In this document: positions 52,895 to 62,952 of the stretch, piece after piece
How the letters are laid out: each line of letters opens with the position of its first letter
Position numbering within the stretch: position 1 is the first letter of the stretch
DNA from: Candidatus Poribacteria bacterium
GTDB taxonomy: Bacteria > Poribacteria > WGA-4E > JAJDTR01
NCBI GenBank assembly: GCA_965222225.1
Contig: CBDCTK010000002.1
Location: 4,384,001-4,448,000, forward strand
Length of the DNA stretch: 64,000 nt
Direction: 5' to 3'
Notes under the pieces: model-generated
What the model was told of the DNA's origin: nothing
What the model saw: the letters and a program-made list of their open reading frames with translations, nothing else
Database searches by the model: none
Made by a program: the position numbers and the translations under genes

Positions 52895-53659
52895 ATGCCT
52901 ACATCACAAATTGCAGCACAACTTTATACCGTGCGTGATTTCACTAAAACACCGACTGATATCGCCCAGACGCTAAACAAGGTGAAGCAACTCGGATACG
53001 ATGCCGTTCAATGTTCAGCACTTGGTCCAATCGAGACAGCCGAATTGAAACGACTGGTTGATGGAGAAGGATTGAGCATTTGCGCCACGCACGCCGACTA
53101 TGAGCGAATGCGCACTGAACCCCAGTCCGTCATTGATGAACATCAACTTCTAGGTTGTAAGTATGTGGCGATTAGCAGCATGCCCGGGTCTGAACGCAGC
53201 GCCGAAGGGTTTGCGCGTTTCGCCAAGGAAGCCTCTGAAGTGGCGCAGCGTCTCGCCGAAGGTGGACTTGTAGTGTCATATCATAACCACAGCTTTGAGT
53301 TAGAGCGATTTGACGGACGTACCGGCTTGGAAATTTTATGCGATGAAAGCAATCCGGATCTCCTCAAGAGTGAGCTTGATACGTACTGGATTCAACACGG
53401 GGGCGGCGATCCGGCGGCATGGATTCGCAAATTAAAAGGGCGTATTCCAACAATTCACGTCAAGGATATGGAGATGCAGGGGAGCACTCAACTTTTTGCC
53501 GAGGTGGGAGAAGGCAATCTGAATTGGTCGGCAATTCTTGAGGCGTGTAAAGAGGCGAGCGTGCAATGGTACATCGTTGAGCAGGACACCTGCCAGCGCG
53601 ATCCATTTGAGAGTTTGGGAATCAGTTTGAGCAATTTGAAGGGGATGGGAGTTGAGTAG
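52895..53659 (+). CDS. Sugar phosphate isomerase/epimerase (xylose isomerase-like TIM barrel)
   Basis: AQLYTVRD, YHNHSFE, ELDTYW, IHVKD, VEQD; AAGGAG RBS before ATG 52895. Confidence 0.9.
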   Translation: MPTSQIAAQLYTVRDFTKTPTDIAQTLNKVKQLGYDAVQCSALGPIETAELKRLVDGEGLSICATHADYERMRTEPQSVIDEHQLLGCKYVAISSMPGSERSAEGFARFAKEASEVAQRLAEGGLVVSYHNHSFELERFDGRTGLEILCDESNPDLLKSELDTYWIQHGGGDPAAWIRKLKGRIPTIHVKDMEMQGSTQLFAEVGEGNLNWSAILEACKEASVQWYIVEQDTCQRDPFESLGISLSNLKGMGVE

Positions 53660-54208
53660 GATAAAGGTCATGAGGGATTGAAAGTCCATTTCTCCGTTTG
53701 AGGGCGATAGTATCTAATTTTTGGTTATTGAAGCGTTACTTACGTCGTTCTAGGCGTGACGCGCATTGAGAAAAGGAGAGGGTGTGAAAAAAGAACCCCG
53801 GTTTTCAAGAAAACACTGGGGTTCGATGCACATGCAAGTAAACCACATCCGCAGCAAGAGGAAGTCGCGATTCGGAGATCGCTCGCTCCTACCGGGTCGT
53901 GATTTGTTCGCTTGATTTCCTAAAATTAGACTTACGCACTTCCATAGCTGAATTGGGCAAGACGGTTTAGAATTTTTGCTTGCATAATCCTTCAAGTTAT
54001 GATACCATGTAAATCCAGCCGCGAAGAACCTTTCCATGAGTACAGGGAAAAGCATCGCGGTTTTTTTGTGCGTCTGGCACCGCTGACAATTGTTTTATCG
54101 CCAATGTGGAGAGGCCTGAAATAACAGGCGGAAAGCGCGTTAATGGCGTGCTGGAAGTGCCTTTGTACGTTTGGCCGTCCGTCCAAGCTTGGTGAGTGGC
54201 ATTATTTC

Positions 54209-54242
54209 GAGAGTGGGATGTTATTCCCGCTCTTTTATTTTT
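54209..54242 (+). terminator. rimP leader terminator/attenuator hairpin
   Basis: AGAGTGGGA-TGTTAT-TCCCGCTCT followed by a T-rich tract, just before rimP. Confidence 0.7.
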
Positions 54243-54259
54243 AGCACCCGAATTTCAAA

Positions 54260-54718
54260 ATGACATCTTTGTTGAAATCCTCAATGATCGAACTGTTGTC
54301 GCCTGTGCTCGGTCGGGAGGGAATTGAGTTAGTTGATGCCGAGCTTCTGGGTAAAAATAGGACAACGACGGTACGGTTTCTGATTTACAAGCCCGGCGGT
54401 ACAACTGTTAGAGATTGCCAAAGGGTGAGTCGCATGGTTCATCCAATCCTTGAAGTTCACGGTTTGATAGATAGCGGAGTAACCCTTGAAGTTGCTTCAC
54501 CGGGGATTGACAGACCGCTTGCCACCGAGGCAGATTTTCGCAGGAATATTGGACGGGCAGTTCAGATAGAAACAGCCTCCGCAACAGGAGAATCACTGCA
54601 ATTGAGTGGGACCGTGATGGATGTCAAGGGCGGAATAGTTCGCCTTGATGAATCTGGGAAAATAACCGAACTTCAAATTTCAACCATCATTAGAGCTCAA
54701 ATCCAACTGATGTGGTAA
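54260..54718 (+). CDS. rimP: Ribosome maturation factor RimP
   Basis: DCQRVSR, LEVASPGIDRPL; synteny with nusA. Confidence 0.92.
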   Translation: MTSLLKSSMIELLSPVLGREGIELVDAELLGKNRTTTVRFLIYKPGGTTVRDCQRVSRMVHPILEVHGLIDSGVTLEVASPGIDRPLATEADFRRNIGRAVQIETASATGESLQLSGTVMDVKGGIVRLDESGKITELQISTIIRAQIQLMW

Positions 54719-54747
54719 CATATTGGGTGGGTAGTGGAGAATAAATC

Positions 54748-56031
54748 ATGACAAATGATTTGTTGATGATTGTTCGTCAAATCATGGATCAGACAGAATT
54801 ACCGCAGGAGACCTTCATTGAAGCAATAGAAGCTGCGCTCTATTCCGCAGCGAAGAGACGTTACGGCTCAACACACGGGGTTTCAATCAAAATAGATCCC
54901 GAGTTACGCGAGATCGAATGTTATGTGCCCAAGAAGGTCGTCGAAATCATGAAGAATTTCGCTAAAGAGATTCCGATTGAGGAGGCGGTAAAACTGAAAC
55001 CCGACGCCCAACTCGACGACATGCTCGAGGTTGAAGTAGATCCTAAAGAGTTTGGAAGAATTGAGGCTCAGACAGCACGTCAAATCCTCGTTCAGAAAAT
55101 CAAGGAAGCGGAACGACAACAGATCTATGAGGAGTACAAAGACCGCGAGGGCGAGGTTGTTGCGGGACACGTGCAGCGCATGGAGCGCGGGAGTCTTATC
55201 CTTGATTTGGAACGGACGGAAGGGGTGTTGCCGTTTAGCGAAATGCCTCATCCGAACAATTTCCAGCGGAATGACGTTTTGAAGTGCCTTATCTTGGAAG
55301 TTCAAGATAGTGTCAAAGGACCGCAGGTTGTCCTCTCTCGCACTCACAAGACTTTGGTTGCCCGTTTATTTGAGATGGAAGTTCCCGAGATGTATGATGG
55401 GCTCGTCCTCGTGAAAGCTATTGAACGAGATCCGGGCGATCGCGCGAAAGTCGCCGTTACCGCGACTGTCGGCGATATAGACGCGGTCGGAACGTGTGTC
55501 GGAGTCAAGGGGTCTCGCGTTCAAACGGTTGTGCGAGAATTAGATGGCGAGAGAATTGATCTCCTTGAGTGGGATGAGAATCCCAAAGTGTTTATAGCCA
55601 ATGCGCTGCAGCCCGCCAAGGTAACTCGCGTCACGATTGGTGAAGACGGCAATGCAGAAGTTATTGTTCCGGACGATCAGCTTTCGTTAGCGATTGGGAG
55701 ACGCGGACAGAACGCCCGGCTTGCAGCACGGTTGACGGGATGGAAAATTGATATCAAGAGTGAGTCTGAAGCAGGTTTGCAATTCAAGGAAGAGATTGTT
55801 GGTGAACTCTTTGGAACAGAGCCCGAGGCAACCTCCGCAGATACAGAGCTAGACTTGGCCGAGTTAGACGGAGTCGGCGCAAAAATTGCCGCCGTCCTTA
55901 AAGATTCCGCGTTTCCAACCGTAGAACTTGTTGCCAAGGCCTCGTTGGAAGATTTGTCATCTATCCCTGGCGTTGGCGTCAAGACGGCTGAGAAGATTCA
56001 ACGTTCCGCATTGGAGCTGATTGGGCCCTAG
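54748..56031 (+). CDS. nusA: Transcription factor NusA
   Basis: FGRIEAQTARQ, FEMEVPE, RDPGDRAKVAV, LSLAIGRRGQNARLAARLTGWKIDI. Confidence 0.97.
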   Translation: MTNDLLMIVRQIMDQTELPQETFIEAIEAALYSAAKRRYGSTHGVSIKIDPELREIECYVPKKVVEIMKNFAKEIPIEEAVKLKPDAQLDDMLEVEVDPKEFGRIEAQTARQILVQKIKEAERQQIYEEYKDREGEVVAGHVQRMERGSLILDLERTEGVLPFSEMPHPNNFQRNDVLKCLILEVQDSVKGPQVVLSRTHKTLVARLFEMEVPEMYDGLVLVKAIERDPGDRAKVAVTATVGDIDAVGTCVGVKGSRVQTVVRELDGERIDLLEWDENPKVFIANALQPAKVTRVTIGEDGNAEVIVPDDQLSLAIGRRGQNARLAARLTGWKIDIKSESEAGLQFKEEIVGELFGTEPEATSADTELDLAELDGVGAKIAAVLKDSAFPTVELVAKASLEDLSSIPGVGVKTAEKIQRSALELIGP

Positions 56032-56079
56032 AGGAATTTAAAGAGAGAATCAACGAAGTTTCTAGCGCTAGGAGGTAGC

Positions 56080-56379
56080 GTGGCTGCTATTGCTTTACGT
56101 ACCTGTATTGGGTGCCGAGGAAAATTTCCCAAGAAAACGTTGCTACGATTCGTGTGCCATTTAGATTCATGCTTCCGAGCGGATGGAACAGGTAAACTTC
56201 CCGGGCGTGGGGCATATGTGTGCGAATCACAGGTTTGTATTGCGGAGGCATTCAAGTCGCACAAGCGGGTCAATTCGCTGTTGCGAAGAAATTTCTCGAA
56301 AGAGATTGTTATGCAGTTCAAACAGGAGCTTTTAAATTCGGTGAGTCAAGATAGCGCAAGAGGGGGAGGACATCAATGA
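56080..56379 (+). CDS. ylxR: YlxR/DUF448 RNA-binding protein
   Basis: RTCIGCR...LLRFV...GKLPGRGAYVC. Confidence 0.9.
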   Translation: MAAIALRTCIGCRGKFPKKTLLRFVCHLDSCFRADGTGKLPGRGAYVCESQVCIAEAFKSHKRVNSLLRRNFSKEIVMQFKQELLNSVSQDSARGGGHQ

Positions 56380-58454
56380 GAAAACGCAATGAGAAAAAGA
56401 AACCATCCACCACTAAAAAGCCGGCAGAAGAAACGAAGAACCTCCGAATCTATGAGCTTGCAAAGCAGTATGGGATAACTAGCAAGGAACTGATCGAAGA
56501 CCTGCAACGCTATGGCATTTCAGTCAAGAATCATATGAGTTCTCTTGACGCCGAGACGATTGCGCTTATCGAAGCCGAGCGCAAAGGAGCGGAATCAGCC
56601 AAGCCAAAAAAGCCTAAAGAAAAGGAAACGCCGGATTCCAAGCCTTCTCGTGACAAACCCGCCAAGGCAGTTATCGAATCGAAACAGCCTAAACCGGATG
56701 AATCTGGGCGATTGCAAATTCAGGAGAACGTCACGGTTGCGGATTTGGCTTCAACCTTGGGCCGCCGACCGCCGGAGATGATTATGCGCTTGATGAAGTT
56801 GGGCATAATGGCAAATGTGAACCAACGTCTGAGTTATGCAGCCCTCCAAGCGATTGGTGATACGTTTGATTTCGACGCTGTCCGCGAATTGACGTTAGCA
56901 GAAAAGCTGCTAGTGGATGAAGAGGATGATCCGGCAGACATGCTTCCACGCGCGCCGGTAACCACGATTATGGGTCATGTAGACCACGGTAAAACTTCTC
57001 TACTGGATGCAATTCGAGAGTCGAACGTCATGGAATCCGAGGCGGGGAATATCACCCAACATATCGGCGCCTATAATGTAAAGCTTGAAACTGGAAACGT
57101 CGTTTTTCTTGATACGCCGGGACATGCGGCTTTCACCGCCATGCGCGCGCGCGGGGCGCAAGTGACGGATGTCGTTGTTCTTGTCGTGGCTGCGGACGAT
57201 GGCATTATGCCACAGACAATTGAGGCAATTAGCCATGCAAAAGCAGCCGATGTCCCAATTGTTGTTGCAATCAATAAAATTGATGTGGCAGGCGCCCGGG
57301 TTGACTATGTGAAGGAGCAGTTAGGAAATCAAAATCTAGTACCTGAAGAGTGGGGTGGGCAGACGGTATTCGTTGAAATCTCGGCCAAAGAGAAGATAGG
57401 TATCGATTTCCTTTTGGAGATGCTACTGCTAGAAGCCGAATTGCTTGAATTAAAGGCAAATCCGAACGGGCCCGCACGCGGCACTGTTGTCGAGGCGAAA
57501 TTGGATAAAGGGCGCGGTCCTGTTGCAACCGTGCTTATGCAAAACGGAACGTTGAAAGTAGGGAATGCATTCGTCGCCGGACGCTATTATGGAAAAGTTC
57601 GAGCGATGATGGACGACCTTGGACATCGTATCAAAGTGGTAGGACCGTCAACTCCGGTAGAGGTTTTGGGTTTCACGGGGGTTCCCGAGGCGGGGGACCG
57701 ATTCTATGCCGTCGAATCCGAGAAGGATGCAAAAGCGATTAGCGATTCTCGACAGGAAGAACATCGACAAATCCAGCTCGGATCACATAGCCACGTCAGC
57801 TTGGAAGACCTGTTCCAACACATTCAAGAGGGTGAAATCAAGGAATTGAACATCATTGTTAAAGGTGATGTTCAAGGGTCGGTGCAGGCGGTCTCCGATG
57901 AATTAAACAAGTTGAGCACAGATGAGGTTAAGATTAATGTCATCCACCAAGCCGTCGGCGGAATTACAGAACCGGACATTTTGTTGGCTTCGGCTTCGAA
58001 TGCGATCGTCGTCGGATTCAACGTGCATCCCACGACGGGAGCTGCGCAACTAAAAGAGACCGAGAAAATTGATGTGCGAACTTACAACGTCATCTACAAT
58101 CTGATTTCCGATGTTCACTCAGCCATGGAAGGACTATTAGATCCGGAAGTCCGTGAGGTGGTCATCGGTAGAGCTGTGGTGCGAGACTTATTCAATGTGC
58201 CGCGGGTGGGAACCGCTGCGGGTAGCTATGTCAATTGGGGACGAGTGGCGCATAACCAGCCGGTGCGAGTATTGCGCGATAACCGTCTGGTCTATGATGG
58301 CAAGGTCGGTTCGCTCCGTCGATTCAAAGAGAATGTCAATGAAGTCCAAGCCAATTACGAATGTGGTGTCGGTATCAATGACTTCTCGGACTTCAAGGTT
58401 AACGATGTATTAGAATGTTATGTCTACGAACACATTCGCCGCTCTCTCAAGTAG
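56376..58454 (+). CDS. infB: Translation initiation factor IF-2
   Basis: [29 protein letters not shown]. Confidence 0.98.
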   Translation: MRKRNEKKKPSTTKKPAEETKNLRIYELAKQYGITSKELIEDLQRYGISVKNHMSSLDAETIALIEAERKGAESAKPKKPKEKETPDSKPSRDKPAKAVIESKQPKPDESGRLQIQENVTVADLASTLGRRPPEMIMRLMKLGIMANVNQRLSYAALQAIGDTFDFDAVRELTLAEKLLVDEEDDPADMLPRAPVTTIMGHVDHGKTSLLDAIRESNVMESEAGNITQHIGAYNVKLETGNVVFLDTPGHAAFTAMRARGAQVTDVVVLVVAADDGIMPQTIEAISHAKAADVPIVVAINKIDVAGARVDYVKEQLGNQNLVPEEWGGQTVFVEISAKEKIGIDFLLEMLLLEAELLELKANPNGPARGTVVEAKLDKGRGPVATVLMQNGTLKVGNAFVAGRYYGKVRAMMDDLGHRIKVVGPSTPVEVLGFTGVPEAGDRFYAVESEKDAKAISDSRQEEHRQIQLGSHSHVSLEDLFQHIQEGEIKELNIIVKGDVQGSVQAVSDELNKLSTDEVKINVIHQAVGGITEPDILLASASNAIVVGFNVHPTTGAAQLKETEKIDVRTYNVIYNLISDVHSAMEGLLDPEVREVVIGRAVVRDLFNVPRVGTAAGSYVNWGRVAHNQPVRVLRDNRLVYDGKVGSLRRFKENVNEVQANYECGVGINDFSDFKVNDVLECYVYEHIRRSLK

Positions 58455-58497
58455 AGACGGAGTATCCGCGCAGGGTGTCGAATAATCAAGAATACGC

Positions 58498-58779
58498 ATG
58501 CGAGTCGGTGTTTGCAGGATTTTCCTGAGAATCCCGGAAAACCAGTCTCTAAAGCAGAAACGTCAGGTCGTGAAGAGCATTATTGACCGGGTAAAGAATC
58601 GGTTCAATGTCGCAATTGCGGAAGTTGATGCTCTTAATTCTCATCAAACCGTGGTTCTCGGAGCCGTGACCGTTTCAAACGATTCTAGACACGTCAACCG
58701 TGTCTTGTCACATGTCGTGAGCTATATTGAAGATACCGCCTCAACAGAATTGACCGACTACGAAATTGAGTTGACCTGA
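58498..58779 (+). CDS. DUF503 (YlxP) protein
   Basis: SLKQKRQVVKSII.RVKNRFNVAIAEV; synteny between infB and rbfA. Confidence 0.9.
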   Translation: MRVGVCRIFLRIPENQSLKQKRQVVKSIIDRVKNRFNVAIAEVDALNSHQTVVLGAVTVSNDSRHVNRVLSHVVSYIEDTASTELTDYEIELT

Positions 58780-58793
58780 GAGGGTGAGTCGAA

Positions 58794-59174
58794 ATGTTGG
58801 AATATACACGTTCGGATCGTGTGGGGGCGCTCCTGCAAAGAGAGTTGAGCGATATTATCCATCGTTCTCTTAAGGATCCGCGCGTCGGTTTCTGCACCGT
58901 GGGCCATGTCGAAGTGTCCTCAGACCTGAAATATGCCGATGTCTTAGTTAGCGTAGTGGGCGACAATAAACAGAAGCAGGCTACGCTTGCGGGCTTGAGA
59001 AGCGCCAGTGGTTTCCTGAGGCGTGAAGTCGGGAATCGAATCGACTTGCGTTATACTCCCGAACTCCGTTTCGCGCTGGACAAATCCGCAGACCATCTAA
59101 TGAAGATAGACCGTCTCCTTAAGCAAGTACAACAAGACACGGAAGAAGATGGGCACGTGACAACCGGCGAGTAG
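58794..59174 (+). CDS. rbfA: Ribosome-binding factor A
   Basis: RSDRVG, KDPR, DLKYA, LRYTPELRF.LD. Confidence 0.95.
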   Translation: MLEYTRSDRVGALLQRELSDIIHRSLKDPRVGFCTVGHVEVSSDLKYADVLVSVVGDNKQKQATLAGLRSASGFLRREVGNRIDLRYTPELRFALDKSADHLMKIDRLLKQVQQDTEEDGHVTTGE

Positions 59175-59176
59175 CC

Positions 59177-60175
59177 ATGGAAGACTATCAAGCGATTTTA
59201 GATGTATTCGACCAACACGACTCTTTTGCCCTGTCAGTCCATATCAATCCCGATGGGGACGCATTTGGCTCACAGCTGGCACTCTATTCCTTTCTCCGAG
59301 ATCTAGGAAAGCAGGTCCGAGTCTTCAATACGGACGTGGTTCCCGCCAACTACCACTTTCTCCCTTTCAGCGAAGTCATTCAAGGTCCTGACGACGTTCA
59401 GGGCTATTCTCCCGAGGTTCTTGTCATTCTTGATGCCAGTACCCGACGCCGAATCGGTGACAAATTGTGTCAAACGCTCGTTCCGACCAAAGCGGTCGTC
59501 AACATAGACCACCACGATACCGGCGATCGTTTCGGTGATTATAACCTTGTAGAGACAACCGCCTCGTCAACATCAGAGATTATTTATCGCCTAATCAAAC
59601 ATCGTGAGATGCCTATCGGCAAAGATCGCGCGCTTTGTCTCTATACCGGTATCATGTTCGATACCGGTTGCTTTCGATACAGCAACTCCGCTCCAGTTGC
59701 GCATCGGATTGCGGCAGAGCTCATCGAACAGGGCGGTTTTCCCGTAGATGTGGTATATCGCCAGGTGTATGAATCGGTTCCGCTGGGGAAGATGCGACTT
59801 TTGGCAGAGGTGTTGCACACATTGAGTCTGACCCCAGACGGCAAAATCGGGTGGTTATGTGCAACACGAGAGATGTTTCGGAAAACCGGCACCACTCCCG
59901 ATGACGTAGAGGGCTTCGTGAATCACATTCGCGCGATTGATACTGTCGAGGTTTCGATTTTTGTGAGCGAACTAGAGGATGGGACATCGAAAGCCAGTTT
60001 GCGAAGCGAGGCTTATGTTGATGTTGGCAAAGTCGCCGCTGAGTTTGAAGGAGGCGGGCACCAACGCGCCTCCGGGTGCGAAATCAATGCACCGCATCAA
60101 TTGGCAGTTGAACGACTTGTTGCAAACGCTCAAAAACGAATAAAGTCCACCACAAACGGTAACTCTGGGAAGTAA
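59177..60175 (+). CDS. nrnA: DHH/DHHA1 phosphoesterase (NrnA-like)
   Basis: HINPDGDA, NIDHH, DTG.F, GGGH. Confidence 0.9.
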   Translation: MEDYQAILDVFDQHDSFALSVHINPDGDAFGSQLALYSFLRDLGKQVRVFNTDVVPANYHFLPFSEVIQGPDDVQGYSPEVLVILDASTRRRIGDKLCQTLVPTKAVVNIDHHDTGDRFGDYNLVETTASSTSEIIYRLIKHREMPIGKDRALCLYTGIMFDTGCFRYSNSAPVAHRIAAELIEQGGFPVDVVYRQVYESVPLGKMRLLAEVLHTLSLTPDGKIGWLCATREMFRKTGTTPDDVEGFVNHIRAIDTVEVSIFVSELEDGTSKASLRSEAYVDVGKVAAEFEGGGHQRASGCEINAPHQLAVERLVANAQKRIKSTTNGNSGK

Positions 60176-60231
60176 CTCGGCAGTGCCGTAGGTCTTAACC
60201 GGCTATCTCCGGGTATAGGCTGATAGTCATT

Positions 60232-60966
60232 ATGCAGGTAGACGGCGTCTTTAATCTAAATAAACCACCAAGAATGACCTCCAGACAAGCCGTCGATCGA
60301 GTGAAACATGTCCTGAAAGTCCCGAAGGCTGGACACGGAGGCACATTGGATCCCGATGCCACAGGCGTTTTACTCGTCTGCTTGGGCAAGGCAACGAAGT
60401 TGTTCGATTGGCTACAAAAGGGAACCAAAGAGTACGAAGGCACACTTAGGTTGGGGATTACGACAGATACGCTTGATGCCAGTGGCAGAGTCCAAAAGGT
60501 GTCCGATGTTGGACAGGTTGCCGCGGAAGAAATCCGGGTTATTGCTCGACAATTTGTAGGCGAGATTGAGCAAGCGGTCCCCATGTTTTCAGCCGTAAAG
60601 CACAAAGGCAAGCGGTTGTACAAGTTGGCTCATCAAGGCGTCGCGTTGGACGAATTGCCGAAGCGAACTGTTCGCGTCAAATCACTTGAGATTTTATCGG
60701 TATGTCCGCCGGATGTTCGATTCCGAGTCGTGTGCTCGAAGGGCACATACATTCGTGTCCTCGCTGCGGATATTGGAGCATCCCTCGGGTGCGGGGCTCA
60801 TCTCTCACAGCTAACTCGCACGCGTTCAGGGGATTTCACGCTCGAATCGTCTCATACGCTTGATTGGCTTGAGGAGCAGTCATCTCAAGTTTACGAGGCT
60901 GTTATCCCAATGGATGCTGTGTTTGAAATGGGTGCCAAGACGGCAGAAAACACAGATTATCGCTAA
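60232..60966 (+). CDS. truB: tRNA pseudouridine(55) synthase
   Basis: KAGHGGTLDPDATGVL, CSKGTYIR. Confidence 0.95.
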   Translation: MQVDGVFNLNKPPRMTSRQAVDRVKHVLKVPKAGHGGTLDPDATGVLLVCLGKATKLFDWLQKGTKEYEGTLRLGITTDTLDASGRVQKVSDVGQVAAEEIRVIARQFVGEIEQAVPMFSAVKHKGKRLYKLAHQGVALDELPKRTVRVKSLEILSVCPPDVRFRVVCSKGTYIRVLAADIGASLGCGAHLSQLTRTRSGDFTLESSHTLDWLEEQSSQVYEAVIPMDAVFEMGAKTAENTDYR

Positions 60967-61090
60967 GTGTTTAGTGTCACCGGAATCTTGGCTCGGCTAG
61001 TAATGCGTATCGCATAGAAGCGCTCCTCTTGAATCGTACTTTTCCGGGTCGTGATTGGCATTTCCAATCCGATGCCTTAGGGACTGAAGT

Positions 61091-62020
61091 TTGCAGATTT
61101 ACTACAATCTGGAAGATATTCCTGTATTTAATCAAGACTCGGTTGCGACCTTCGGCGTGTTCGACGGATTGCACCTCGGGCACCAAGCTGTCATTCACCA
61201 AGTAGTCAGAGATGCAACCGCTCGTGACCTTTCGAGTACCGTGCTTGGGTTTTATCCCCATCCGATGGCGTTTCTCGCTCCCGAAAGATGCCCGCCAATC
61301 CTTACTTCCCGACGAAAACGGCTTGAGCTTCTTGAAGAGTTGGGCGTTGACATCGCGATCTTTGTTCGGTTCGACGCATATTTAGCAGAGATGTCACCAA
61401 GCACTTTTGTCCAAGACGTACTTATTGGCAAATTACGTGCCCGGCAGGTCATTGTCGGATACGCGTGTCAATTTGGCAAGAGTCGGTCGGGAAATGCAGA
61501 GGTTTTGCAGTCGCTAGGCGCGCAGAATAACCTTGATGTAACAATTATGCCCCCAACAATGGTTGGAGGTATGCCGGTCCATAGCACCCGTGTCCGAGAA
61601 GTTGTGGTACAAGGTAAAATGAAACTTGCCGCACAGCTGCTTGAACGCCCTCACTCTATCATCGGCAGAATTGTTCGAGGCGATGGTCGAGGCCGCCAAC
61701 TCGGGTATCCGACAGCTAACATTCACGCCGAGAATCAGATTCATCCTCCAAACGGTGTCTATGCCATTCAGGCTAAACTGGAGGACAGGCTCTGCGGGGG
61801 AATACTGAATATGGGGATGCGACCAACCGTTGATGGACTGAAGTTTCAAATCGAGGCACACTTATTCAACTTTAATGAGGATGTGTACGACAGGGAGATT
61901 GAAATCTTTTTCATCAAGAATGTCCGTGATGAACGGAAATTTCCTGACCTGGAATCCTTGGTGAAGCAGATTGATCGGGATGTCGAAATTGCACACGGCA
62001 TTCTAGATGCCGAAACGTGA
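61091..62020 (+). CDS. ribF: Bifunctional riboflavin kinase/FAD synthetase
   Basis: GVFDGLHLGH, GRQLGYPTAN, GMRPT, IEAHL. Confidence 0.95.
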   Translation: MQIYYNLEDIPVFNQDSVATFGVFDGLHLGHQAVIHQVVRDATARDLSSTVLGFYPHPMAFLAPERCPPILTSRRKRLELLEELGVDIAIFVRFDAYLAEMSPSTFVQDVLIGKLRARQVIVGYACQFGKSRSGNAEVLQSLGAQNNLDVTIMPPTMVGGMPVHSTRVREVVVQGKMKLAAQLLERPHSIIGRIVRGDGRGRQLGYPTANIHAENQIHPPNGVYAIQAKLEDRLCGGILNMGMRPTVDGLKFQIEAHLFNFNEDVYDREIEIFFIKNVRDERKFPDLESLVKQIDRDVEIAHGILDAET

Positions 62021-62555
62021 GGGATGTCACCTAGTATTCGTCTTGGCAATTTTCGCTGATAGAACTAGGAGATGTTAGAAGAAACTGAAAAAATTGATAT
62101 GCACGGTGAGAGCACACGTGGAACATCGGACTAGCGAATCCGAGTGTGCGGTCTGGATTTGCCAATCCAGACCGAGCAGTTAGGGAGACGCCGAACAGAG
62201 TGACACAATACAAATCCCGATGAATTGGAGTTGAAGGGTCTGTTTGAATACTGGTGACACAGTTTATTAGTCGGCTAGGCGGTTTACGCGGTGTGCTGTT
62301 CCCGCGGTTTGACAACCTCATCGGCCAAAGCTTGGATTTGTCAATCCAAGCTGAGTGGGAAACAGCTATGAGTGTCTCGCGTCTGTCTGACTATTACAAG
62401 AATAGTGGCAAAGCCGTTTTTGGTCATTCGAGTTCCAATAAAATAAGCTAAAGATGCCATATTCAATTTGATACTCGCAGATTCCTCACCGCTAGAATCA
62501 GGTGCGATTGTCCAGCAAGCTGTCGATCTTTCCCTTTCGCAATTGTGACACGGTG

Positions 62556-62564
62556 TGATATAAT
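62556..62564 (+). promoter_or_regulatory. Extended -10 promoter for rpsO
   Basis: TGATATAAT upstream of the AAGGAGG RBS. Confidence 0.55.
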
Positions 62565-62627
62565 CACAATATGTACCAACCATGCAGAAAGAAGTGAAGC
62601 ATCTACTGGATAAGGAGGTGAATCTAG

Positions 62628-62918
62628 GTGGCACTCAACGCAGAAAAGAAGGGCGAACTGCTCCAAACATACAGGCAGCACGAAAAGGATACCGGGTCGC
62701 CAGAAGCCCAAGTGGCATTAATCAATACTCGGATTCGACAATTGACCGATCATTTTCGCACGCACAAGAAGGACCATCATTCAAGATACGGACTCTTCAA
62801 ACTTGTGGGAAAACAACGTCGATTATTACGCTACCTTTACAAGAAGAACAGTCAACGATATTATCATCTTATTAATCAACTCGGAATACGGGACACACTA
62901 GGATCAAGAGGGAATTGA
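62628..62918 (+). CDS. rpsO: 30S ribosomal protein S15
   Basis: DTGSPEAQVAL, HKKDHHSRYGL. Confidence 0.97.
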   Translation: MALNAEKKGELLQTYRQHEKDTGSPEAQVALINTRIRQLTDHFRTHKKDHHSRYGLFKLVGKQRRLLRYLYKKNSQRYYHLINQLGIRDTLGSRGN

Positions 62919-62952
62919 ACATCCACCGTAGGAGTGTTGAGGAGGAAACAAA

